Shown one piece after another: positions 36,318 through 43,615 of a stretch of 64,000 nucleotides of DNA. Location of the stretch: assembly GCA_963832165.1 (NCBI GenBank), contig CAWHTE010000001.1, forward strand, positions 192,001-256,000, written 5' to 3'. Both the position numbers and the translations under genes were made by a program. Each line of letters starts with the position of its first letter. The first letter of the stretch is position 1. Under the pieces are notes generated by a model. It searched no databases and was not told where the DNA came from. It was given only the letters and a program-made list of their open reading frames with translations. Origin of the DNA: an uncultured delta proteobacterium. Lineage in GTDB: Bacteria; Myxococcota_A; UBA9160; SMWR01.

Positions 36318-36341
36318 GTCCGCTAGAGCGGTTGGTTCGGC
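36317..36341 (-). repeat. attC remnant (R''-L'' arm) abutting the IS3 end
   Basis: Minus strand GCCGAAC-CAACC-GCTCTAGC-GGACG. Confidence 0.7.
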
Positions 36342-36441
36342 ACGCCTTCGAACAACTGCTCAGTCGGCCCAACGGTCTGCAGATGCAACAGTTTGGTGGC
36401 CAGATGTGGCGCGAAAACCGAAAGATAGACGACATGGCCGA

Positions 36442-37104
36442 TCACGATGGCGCCGCAATCGAGAGAAGGGAAGAGCGGAGAGGGCGCTTCGACTTCGAAT
36501 CCGCCCACGCCTCGATGAGTGTGCGCCCCTGTGAATCCGTTCGTCCGAGGAGGTAGGTGAAGACCATCATCTGCACGCCCATCGCAAGAGAGTCGTAGAG
36601 CGGATACTGGTGCTTCGTGCCCGGCCAGAGAGCGAGTCCCTCGATCACGCGGCCATAGTAGAACACGCCCAGCTGAGCCCCGAGGAGCGCATTGAACGTG
36701 AAAGCCCAGAGGCAGCCGACCACGAGGCCGACGATCAGCAGCGTGATCGCCGCACGCCACTGGTTTCTCGAGCTCAACCAGCGCCCTAGCGAGGCGCCTA
36801 TCACGGCAGGAAGCACGAAGTAGGCGATGTAGCCGGGGGGGACCGCTGCCGGCAGGCCACCCCATGTCATGTTCAACGGCCACCAGGAAGGCATGCGCGG
36901 AATAGCGGGCGGGAACTGCGCATACACCGCCCAATCGTAGGGGGCTTCGATCCAGGAGAACGAGATGGCGGATATGCACAAGAGCAGGAGCGGGTGCGGG
37001 CGGCCTCGGCGGTAACTCAGAAACACGCCAATGACCACGAAAGAAAACCCGCCGATGTAGGCGAAGCCGATGGCCGCCTTCAGGAGCGGTGTCAGTTCAG
37101 ACAT
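36442..37104 (-). CDS. AveC-like (spirocyclase family) membrane protein, probably C-terminally truncated
   Basis: WIEAPYDWA.YAQF, WWPLNMTWGGLP, HQYPLYD; family recognised from memory. Confidence 0.55.
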   Translation of the reverse strand: MSELTPLLKAAIGFAYIGGFSFVVIGVFLSYRRGRPHPLLLLCISAISFSWIEAPYDWAVYAQFPPAIPRMPSWWPLNMTWGGLPAAVPPGYIAYFVLPAVIGASLGRWLSSRNQWRAAITLLIVGLVVGCLWAFTFNALLGAQLGVFYYGRVIEGLALWPGTKHQYPLYDSLAMGVQMMVFTYLLGRTDSQGRTLIEAWADSKSKRPLRSSLLSIAAPS

Positions 37105-37252
37105 CAGTCGGCCCCGCCATTCTTCGAAGGACCGCGTGCCTCCGGATCATGTCGAAGCACCAATGCGAAGATGAGCACGATCAGTCCGAAGAGCGTACCC
37201 AGCATGATCAATGCGCCCAGCGTCGTATCCTCTAAAAGCTCTTGGCGGCATC

Positions 37253-37495
37253 CTATTTCGAGATGTGGAGTACGAAGGGCCGGAACAGGTGCCTGACGGC
37301 AGCGACGAACGCGAATAGCGCCGGGATCCCCGCGACTAGGCCAAAGGTGTTCCGACCCGCGTCGAACAGAGCGAGTGAACATGCGCCGAGAACGAGCGCA
37401 AACCCCAGAAGAAGCAACGATGAGCGCGGAAGCTTCGAGGGCGGAGGCGGCACGATCGCAGATCGACTCATGAAGATCGTGTCCTCGCCGTTCAA
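37253..37495 (-). CDS. short membrane ORF, possibly a gene fragment
   Basis: Two hydrophobic segments, no clear RBS. Confidence 0.35.
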   Translation of the reverse strand: MNGEDTIFMSRSAIVPPPPSKLPRSSLLLLGFALVLGACSLALFDAGRNTFGLVAGIPALFAFVAAVRHLFRPFVLHISK

Positions 37496-37663
37496 CGGAT
37501 CGGGTTCAATTGCGAGTCACAGTGCCTCAGCGGACGGACCGATGCACCGAAGCTCGACGCCGGACGGTATCACGGATCGATTGGAACTCGCGTGGCTCGG
37601 CAGCTGCGGCGCCTTGTTCTGCGCGTGCGTTACTGTGCCGATCCAGATGGTCAGGAGCCGGAG

Positions 37664-38125
37664 ATGATCGCGATCTTCGTGGACGGCGATGGCTGTCCGG
37701 TGAAGGACGAAACGTACGTGGTGGCTACGCGCTATGGGGTGCGTGTGGCGCTCGTGGCCAACTCTCGCCTCGGCGTGCCTCAGGGCTTGGGTGTCGAGTT
37801 GATCCTGGTCGATCAGGGACCCGATGCCGCAGATGACTGGATCGTGGAGAACGTGCGGCCCGGGGACGTCGTCGTGACGGCCGATATTCCGCTCGCGGCG
37901 CGCTGTCTGGAAGCGGGGGGTCGCGTGCTGGGTACCAATGGGCGGATCTTCAGCGAGGATTCGATCGGAACTCAGCTTGCCACTCGGGATCTGAAGGCTC
38001 AGCTACGAGAGGCGGGGATCATGTCCGGCGGCCCACCTCCCATGTCTGCAAAGGACCGCTCTCGATTTCTCTCGAGCCTCGACCAGCTCGTGCAGACTGG
38101 CCTCCGCGAAGATCGAGCCAGGTAG
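37664..38125 (+). CDS. YaiI/YqxD (DUF188) family protein
   Basis: IFVDGDGCPVK, DAADDWI, VTADIPLA, GGPPP. Confidence 0.92.
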   Translation: MIAIFVDGDGCPVKDETYVVATRYGVRVALVANSRLGVPQGLGVELILVDQGPDAADDWIVENVRPGDVVVTADIPLAARCLEAGGRVLGTNGRIFSEDSIGTQLATRDLKAQLREAGIMSGGPPPMSAKDRSRFLSSLDQLVQTGLREDRAR

Positions 38126-38139
38126 CCCGTTCTCACGCC

Positions 38140-38148
38140 GCCTAACGG
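38140..38148 (-). repeat. attC core remnant (R')
   Basis: GCCTAACGG between convergent genes. Confidence 0.5.
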
Positions 38149-38152
38149 AGCT

Positions 38153-38593
38153 TCACTGGGAGGAGTTCCAGATGTCGCGATGCAATAGCCACTTACCGCC
38201 GGTCCGCTTCCAGATCACGAGGTACCGGGCGTTGCTGGCGGTGCCGTCCTTGGCGATCAAGCCGACGTTCCCGGTTTCGTAGGCGAGATCGCCGACAGAT
38301 TCGACCTCCGCGGTCTCGAGAGTGACGTCCTTGACTCCGGAGTCGATCGATTTCTGCCAGAAGGCTGCAATGGCGGGGCGCGCTTTCGCCACGGGCGCTC
38401 CCGGAGCAATCACTTGCGCATCTGGCGTATAGAGACCGGCAACGGCCTTCGCGTCGCCGCGCAGGAAGGCGGTGATGAATGCGCGATTACCCGCCTCCAC
38501 CGCATCGCGAACCTCGTCGGATCGCGCCGGCGCAGCAGCAACGATGCATGCCAGGGCGAGGAGCGCGGTTGAAGTTCGGTGGGTGCTCATCAT
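38153..38593 (-). CDS. secreted NTF2-like (DUF4440/YybH) protein
   Basis: Signal peptide; LYTPDA, GDLAYETG, YLVIWKR, DIWNS; GGAGGA RBS. Confidence 0.88.
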   Translation of the reverse strand: MMSTHRTSTALLALACIVAAAPARSDEVRDAVEAGNRAFITAFLRGDAKAVAGLYTPDAQVIAPGAPVAKARPAIAAFWQKSIDSGVKDVTLETAEVESVGDLAYETGNVGLIAKDGTASNARYLVIWKRTGGKWLLHRDIWNSSQ

Positions 38594-38660
38594 GAGGTCC
38601 TCCAATCTGTTAGGAATGCCAGGGTTCTCGAGACGGTCAGCTGTCGTGCTCTTGAATGTG

Positions 38661-38680
38661 GCCTAACTCATTCTAGGCAG
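38661..38680 (-). repeat. attC remnant, second family (copy 1)
   Basis: GCCTAACTCATTCTAGGCAG; 19/20 identical to 39060-39079. Confidence 0.65.
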
Positions 38681-38689
38681 CGGGTAGCA

Positions 38690-39043
38690 TCACCGGGTAC
38701 CCACCGGTCGAAGGGCTCGAGCCGGAATGCGGAGCCGGTACTGCTCGCTGGAGGACGCGTTCCAACGGACGGTATCCCTGGTCTGGTGGATCTCGTGCAT
38801 GCCGGACGGATCGAAGACGCGGAGATAGAGATCCGGCGCTGATTCTCGAACGTCACGGAAGTCATCGCGGGTGAACCGGATCTCGAACCGGCCGTCGTCG
38901 TCAGTTGTAGTGAATCCGATTCCGTCGTCGAAGATCAGGTCGCGATCGAATGCCCGGACGATGAAACCGGAGAGCGGACGCCCCGTCTCCTCCTCTTCGA
39001 TCACACCGAAGACGCGGAAGGAGTCTTGATCGGGGGTTGCCAC
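38690..39043 (-). CDS. transthyretin-like / carboxypeptidase-regulatory-like domain protein
   Basis: TGRPLSG..VRAFDRDLIFDD, TDDDGRFEI, PDLYLRV. Confidence 0.7.
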   Translation of the reverse strand: MATPDQDSFRVFGVIEEEETGRPLSGFIVRAFDRDLIFDDGIGFTTTDDDGRFEIRFTRDDFRDVRESAPDLYLRVFDPSGMHEIHQTRDTVRWNASSSEQYRLRIPARALRPVGTR

Positions 39044-39059
39044 TAGCGTATCTCCGGCT

Positions 39060-39079
39060 GCCTAACTCATTCTGGGCAG
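39060..39079 (-). repeat. attC remnant, second family (copy 2)
   Basis: GCCTAACTCATTCTGGGCAG. Confidence 0.65.
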
Positions 39080-39095
39080 AGTACGCGCTAACGCA

Positions 39096-39428
39096 TCAGC
39101 GCACTTCGGACCGATGACCCCACACGCCACCATGCTTGGTGACCTTGAGATCACCCAGCACTTTGCATTGGCACGCCAGGCGAAGTCCTGATCCGTGATG
39201 ATGAGGAAAGACCCCGAGCCGTCGCTGCTCAGCTGCAGTCGCCTCGGAGATCTCGCCCTCGACCTCGACCGCGCAGCTCCCACACATCCCGCGTCCGCGA
39301 CAATTGAGAGCCTGGGCGACGCTGTTGTAAAGGGGAAGGCGCGCCCGTAGCAGAACCACTCGGAGGTTCGCTCCCGGAGGGCACTCGATCGACTGGCCGG
39401 AGAAATGAACGATCGGCATGGCTGTCAT
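39096..39428 (-). CDS. 2Fe-2S ferredoxin
   Basis: CRGRGMCGSC ... RLACQ. Confidence 0.9.
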   Translation of the reverse strand: MTAMPIVHFSGQSIECPPGANLRVVLLRARLPLYNSVAQALNCRGRGMCGSCAVEVEGEISEATAAEQRRLGVFPHHHGSGLRLACQCKVLGDLKVTKHGGVWGHRSEVR

Positions 39429-39537
39429 GACCCCGGTTCACGCTGAGTAACGGCCATGGCCAGCTGCGCGCGCCCGTGTACGACTATGCCACGACCGGTG
39501 GGCAGCGGGCGAATCGACAGCACGGCCCAGCTCATCT

Positions 39538-39765
39538 CTAGGCGCCCTGCGCGGACCCGCGGCCGACGCGACGCCAGACGGCACGCGCAATCACGACCGG
39601 CACGACAAGAACGATCGCCAACGCCGACAGAACCACGAGTGGCTGAAGAAACGAGGGGAGCAGAGAACTGTGTGGGCCCGCGAGAAATATGACGGCGAAG
39701 AAGCAGAGCGGAGCCAGCAGGGCCAGCGAGCCGAGCCAAACAAGGAGGGTTAGAAGCCAGCGCAC
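39538..39765 (-). CDS. small two-TM hypothetical protein
   Basis: Hydrophobic hairpin with LAGPHSSLLP loop. Confidence 0.6.
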   Translation of the reverse strand: MRWLLTLLVWLGSLALLAPLCFFAVIFLAGPHSSLLPSFLQPLVVLSALAIVLVVPVVIARAVWRRVGRGSAQGA

Positions 39766-39809
39766 TAGGCGGAAGGCCTAGCAGGGCCAGCTGCTAGATT
39801 CAACGAGCG

Positions 39810-40217
39810 ATGATCTCCGTAGACGAATTCGTCGAGCGCCTTTGCCGACTGGGTGCCGACCGGGGTCCTCGCGGTTTTCCGCGCAGGCGCCGCGATCGCG
39901 AGATCCTCCTCAAGAGTGTCGTGATGCTGATGGACAGCAGTCGGACATACGCCGAGCGCGAGGTGAACGCCCTCCTGCAGGACTGGAACCGCGACGTAGC
40001 CCCCGCAATCAAGACCGACCACGTGACTTTGCGACGACTCCTGGTCGACTACGGATACCTGGAGCGGACAAGGGACGGTCATGCGTATCGGGTTGGGTTC
40101 CCACCGCAACCTGTCGCGTTCGCTCTCGAGGTCGACGAGATCGACGTGCGAGCGACGATTGCGGCCTACGGAGAGTACCTGCGCAAGACGAGGCGTCGCG
40201 TGGGTCCCACCGCCTAA
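39810..40217 (+). CDS. DUF2087-domain protein
   Basis: YAEREVN..L, DHVTLRRLLVDYGYLER..DG..Y. Confidence 0.85.
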   Translation: MISVDEFVERLCRLGADRGPRGFPRRRRDREILLKSVVMLMDSSRTYAEREVNALLQDWNRDVAPAIKTDHVTLRRLLVDYGYLERTRDGHAYRVGFPPQPVAFALEVDEIDVRATIAAYGEYLRKTRRRVGPTA

Positions 40218-40237
40218 CGGGTCGCGGCTCAGCTGCG
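40212..40237 (-). repeat. attC remnant (L'-R' arm)
   Basis: Minus strand GCAGCTGAGC-CGCGACCC-GTTAGGC. Confidence 0.75.
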
Positions 40238-40648
40238 ACCGGGCGGGCGTGTAACACTCGTAGCGAGCGCCAGGTTATTCCCGTCCGGATCCTTGAAGAA
40301 TGCCATCCACTCCTCGGTCCCGGGCTCGCCAAAGGTGCCGGCGTCGTCACGATGGATCAGGTGCGGTGGTGAATCGAAGACGATCTCGCGCGCCCTGAGG
40401 GATTTGTATGCAACATGGATGTCCGGGACCCAGAAGTAGAGGACGGAACCTCCGGGATCGGCAGCTTCGTGTCGCTCGAGAAGGAGACGCGTGTCGCCGA
40501 GCTGGAAGAAAGCAATCCCGGGAGGATCGAACTCGGCGATCAGGTGAAGGCCAAGGTGATCTCGGTAGAAGCGGATCGATCGCTCGAGATCGGTCGACGG
40601 CAGGGCGACCTGGTGGAGCGGTCCACCTATCGGTGCGTGACTTCCCAT
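40229..40648 (-). CDS. VOC/glyoxalase-family protein
   Basis: LHQVAL, FYRDHLG, WMAFFKDPDGN; GGAGGAG RBS. Confidence 0.9.
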   Translation of the reverse strand: MGSHAPIGGPLHQVALPSTDLERSIRFYRDHLGLHLIAEFDPPGIAFFQLGDTRLLLERHEAADPGGSVLYFWVPDIHVAYKSLRAREIVFDSPPHLIHRDDAGTFGEPGTEEWMAFFKDPDGNNLALATSVTRPPGRS

Positions 40649-40659
40649 GTCTCTCCTCC

Positions 40660-40706
40660 GCCGAACGGACCAATGCTCAGCCGTGCGGCGCAGCGCCGTC
40701 AGCTTC
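40660..40706 (-). repeat. attC site lacking R''
   Basis: Minus strand GAAGCTGAC-GGCGC-T-GCGCC-GCACG-GCTGAGC-ATTGGTCC-GTTCGGC. Confidence 0.75.
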
Positions 40707-40717
40707 GGTCTCTCTCC

Positions 40718-41104
40718 CTAGAGATTCTCGAGAAGAAGGCTGCCGGCCGACACCAACAGCACCGCGAACGTGCCGAGCGTCCCCGCTGAGCGCGCTGGAG
40801 AGGTCGTGGTGAGCGAGACGCCGACTGCATGCGCAACGCGCGCGGCCAGCAAGCCAGCTCCGAGGGCCCATACGAGGCCTCCTGAGCCGCCGCCCAGCTC
40901 GACAAGCGCAATCAAGAGGAGAGCAAGAGGGACGTACTCGATGAAGTTGCCCTGAGCGCGCATACGGCGCGTCAGCTCTTCGTTCCCGCCATCGAGGAAC
41001 CAGATCTTCTCCTTGGACCGAAGAAGCCCGACGCGCAAACTCAGAAACACGAGCATGACTCCGAAAATGGCAGCAATGACTGAGGTGATGGGAACCGGTG
41101 ACAC
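40718..41104 (-). CDS. MAPEG-family protein
   Basis: RAQGNFIEYVP, ARVAHA. Confidence 0.9.
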   Translation of the reverse strand: MSPVPITSVIAAIFGVMLVFLSLRVGLLRSKEKIWFLDGGNEELTRRMRAQGNFIEYVPLALLLIALVELGGGSGGLVWALGAGLLAARVAHAVGVSLTTTSPARSAGTLGTFAVLLVSAGSLLLENL

Positions 41105-41637
41105 AATGCTCCTTGTTGGGCGGCAAGCCAGTCAGAACCGCTAGCACTTCGTCGCGGGTCGAGCTTCTTGGTGAGAAAGCGCGTGGGGCCAGAGTCGCCT
41201 AAGACGAAATCGGCGAACCCAAAGTTCTTGTAGAGCGCCAGGGCTCTTGCGTTGTCGTCCTGGACCTCGAGCGTGAGCTTGCAGCACCCCCGACGCCTGG
41301 CGCGATCCTCCGCAGCTACCAGAAGTGCGCGTCCAACTCCTTGCCCTCGCCACTGCGGCAACACCGCCAGATCGTGGATATTCAAGAGCGGTCGAGCCTG
41401 GAAAGTGGACAACCCGAGAAAACACACCGCGACGCCTGCGGCGTGCCCTTCCGCGATGGCGAGTAGCACCAGTGTCGTGGGGTGATCCCGGAGAGCGGGT
41501 ATGAGTCGATCGCGGACCTCGGGTCCAAGAGGTTCTGCACCGCCCACGGGATCAGCTGCATACGAGTTGAGGACATCGATGATGCCGTCACGGTGTGCAG
41601 CATCGTCGAAGTCCGCGTCTACGATCTCGACTTGCAT
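41041..41637 (-). CDS. GNAT acetyltransferase (real domain ends ~41160; read-through tail)
   Basis: FSTF-like LSTFQARPLLNIHDLAV, WRGQGVG, CCKLTLEV. Confidence 0.88.
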   Translation of the reverse strand: MQVEIVDADFDDAAHRDGIIDVLNSYAADPVGGAEPLGPEVRDRLIPALRDHPTTLVLLAIAEGHAAGVAVCFLGLSTFQARPLLNIHDLAVLPQWRGQGVGRALLVAAEDRARRRGCCKLTLEVQDDNARALALYKNFGFADFVLGDSGPTRFLTKKLDPRRSASGSDWLAAQQGALCHRFPSPQSLLPFSESCSCF

Positions 41638-41657
41638 GTCAACAGACTGCTCTCGCC

Positions 41658-41726
41658 GCCCAACGGATCGGCATTGAGCTGCCGGCCGCCCGGAAGGACC
41701 AGGAGACCCGCCCCATCTTATTAGGC
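41658..41726 (-). repeat. near-complete attC site
   Basis: R'' GCCTAAT holds the dinB stop; L' GCTCAAT; R' GTTGGGC; L'' degenerate. Confidence 0.75.
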
Positions 41727-42269
41727 AGCGCCCTCGGGCATGAGCGCTGTATGCATGAAATCGGTGCCGCCAGGGTCATGGCCGAGCTGGAAGAGCAGCG
41801 CCGTGACTTGGCCACGGTGGTGTGTCTGGTGATTGAAAAGGTGCGCGACCACGTGCCAGAACGGCACCACCATGCTCTGGCCGGTGGAACGAGCATACGA
41901 AAGGTCGCTCTCGAGAATGTCGGGGGTAAGCTCAGCCACCCACGATTGGATCGCAGCATCGGTTTCGCGACGCTGCGCGGCCAGCTCCGGGAAGCTCTCG
42001 TATAGGACTTGTGCGAGCGACTGGAACTCGAAGACCAGTGGGGTCTTCTCGAGGGAGCGAAACCCATGAGGATGCTTGCTGATCCGACCCAGCCATATGC
42101 GATCCGTCAGGAGGATGTGGTTGAGCGTGCCGTGGATGGACCGAAAGAATGCACCCATGTCTCGGTTCCGCTCCTCCTCCGACAGGGACGATGCCAGGTC
42201 ATAGAGTCGGCCGTTGAACCAGGCGTTGTACTGTGCGAATCGGTAGAACTGCTTGAGATGGAGATTCAT
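41721..42269 (-). CDS. DinB/YfiT-family metal-binding protein
   Basis: YNAWFN, SIHGTLNHI, HLFNHQTHHRGQ. Confidence 0.92.
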   Translation of the reverse strand: MNLHLKQFYRFAQYNAWFNGRLYDLASSLSEEERNRDMGAFFRSIHGTLNHILLTDRIWLGRISKHPHGFRSLEKTPLVFEFQSLAQVLYESFPELAAQRRETDAAIQSWVAELTPDILESDLSYARSTGQSMVVPFWHVVAHLFNHQTHHRGQVTALLFQLGHDPGGTDFMHTALMPEGAA

Positions 42270-42299
42270 GCTCGATCCCTGGCGCCGCCTTGTATCTAC

Positions 42300-42490
42300 C
42301 CCGTGGCCGTGCCGACGATCCGACCTAGCATGATCACGCTTCCGGGGAGACCGTTGCTGCCTGAAGCCACGAGCTTGTCCGTTAGATGGGTCCCCCGCCC
42401 TCTTCGCCCATGCCGTGGAGGATCCGAGGCCCGAGAGCCTGCATCCACAAGGTCGGTAGGCGACGGTACAGGGTCGGGGAACCCGGAAGC
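42300..42490 (+). ncRNA. predicted bridge RNA (5' hairpin, target-binding loop, donor-binding loop); ends approximate
   Basis: Two stem/internal-loop/hairpin modules carrying guides TTGCTGCCT/CCGTTAG (target) and GGAGGATC/ACAAG (donor). Confidence 0.85.
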
Positions 42491-42510
42491 AGCGTAACAC
42501 GGGGGGACGC

Positions 42511-43497
42511 ATGCGTGGAGCCTGCTATGTGGGAGTCGATGTCAGCGCGGACGAGATCACGGTGGCGATCGAGGGGCGTGCCGAGCGGGTCACACTGGCC
42601 AACGATATCGAGGGCCACGAGCGACTGATTCGGTTGCTGACCCGCCGCGGAAAGGCCGCGCGCGTGTGCCTGGAGGCGACGGGCATCTACCACCTCGACT
42701 TGGCATTAGCGCTGCATCGAGCGCGAGCGATCGACGTGATGGTGGTGAACCCCTCGGCGGCGCGGGACTTCGGACGCGCGCTGCTGCAGCGCTCGAAGAC
42801 GGATCGCGTGGACGCAGGGGTGCTGCTGGAGTTTGCGCAGCGAATGCCTTTCGCATCGTGGCAGCCGCCCGCGCCCGAGATCCTCGATCTACGGGCGATC
42901 GTCCGTCGGATCGGCGCCCTCACCGTCACGCGAACCCAGGAGCGCAATCGACTTCATGCGGCGGGCCGCTGTGCGGAGCTCACCGAAGCGATCGCCTGGG
43001 ACATCGAAGCGCACCTCGAGCATCTCGCGCAGAGCCTGGAGCGTTTGCAGCAGCAGGCGCTCGAGCTCGTGCAAGCGCACCCCGAGCTCGCGCAACGCTT
43101 CGAGCGGCTCATTTCGGTCCGCGGCATCGCGACCACCAGCGCACTGCGCATTCTCGCCGAGCTCGCCGTGCTGCCCGCCGACATGACCCCTCGTCAGTGG
43201 GTCGCTCACGCGGGACTCGACCCGCGTGCGCACGACTCGGGAACCTCGCTGCACAAGCCCGCCCGGATCAGCAAGAAGGGAAACAGTCACCTGCGAGCGG
43301 CGCTCTACATGCCGGCGATGGTCGCAGCCCGTGAGGAGCCCAGTGTGAGGACCTTCTATCAGAAGCGCCTCGCAGGAGGACTCAAGCCCATCCAAGCCCT
43401 GGTCGCCGTAGAGCGAAAGCTCCTGCATAGCATCCACGGAATGTGGGCGAGCAATAGCAACTTCGACGGCGAGAAATTCTGCGCGATGAGCGCTTGA
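42511..43497 (+). CDS. IS110-family DEDD transposase/recombinase
   Basis: VGVDVS, CLEATG, KTDRVDA, AGLDP..DSG serine motif, ISKKGN..LR.ALY. Confidence 0.95.
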   Translation: MRGACYVGVDVSADEITVAIEGRAERVTLANDIEGHERLIRLLTRRGKAARVCLEATGIYHLDLALALHRARAIDVMVVNPSAARDFGRALLQRSKTDRVDAGVLLEFAQRMPFASWQPPAPEILDLRAIVRRIGALTVTRTQERNRLHAAGRCAELTEAIAWDIEAHLEHLAQSLERLQQQALELVQAHPELAQRFERLISVRGIATTSALRILAELAVLPADMTPRQWVAHAGLDPRAHDSGTSLHKPARISKKGNSHLRAALYMPAMVAAREEPSVRTFYQKRLAGGLKPIQALVAVERKLLHSIHGMWASNSNFDGEKFCAMSA

Positions 43498-43512
43498 CAG
43501 CGCAGAGAGGAT

Positions 43513-43535
43513 CTAACGGATCGCGGTTCAGCTCT
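43513..43535 (-). repeat. remainder of the attC site split by IS110
   Basis: Minus strand GCTGAAC-CGCGATCC-GTTAG. Confidence 0.75.
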
Positions 43536-43615
43536 GCCGCCCCGCGTACCTCCGAGTATCAATCCAGCGGCCGCCGCGCGTCAATCACCGACCGGCGGCC
43601 GCCGACATGCCCCGA

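Larger units (their letters stand above)
42291..43514 (+). mobile_element. complete IS110-family element inserted in an attC core
   Basis: CT core at 42289-42290 and 43513-43514; removal restores GCCGCCTAACGGATCGCGGTTCAGC; circle junction AGAGGAT-CT-TGTAT. Confidence 0.92.

Noticed and set aside
36345..36440. Additional attC arm at GCCCAACGGTCTGCAG
   Set aside because: Only the core matches; L box unconvincing
42270..42512. N-terminal extension of the dinB ORF (263 aa)
   Set aside because: The extension is the antisense of the IS non-coding end; the DinB domain starts at 42269
42378..43520. TCCGTTAGAT / ATCTAACGGA as terminal inverted repeats of the IS
   Set aside because: The right copy extends into flanking attC DNA and the left copy lies inside an RNA loop; better explained as guide-target complementarity
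34095..43535. Repeats as a CRISPR array
   Set aside because: Spacing is gene-sized and irregular, repeats fit attC arms, and no cas genes are present
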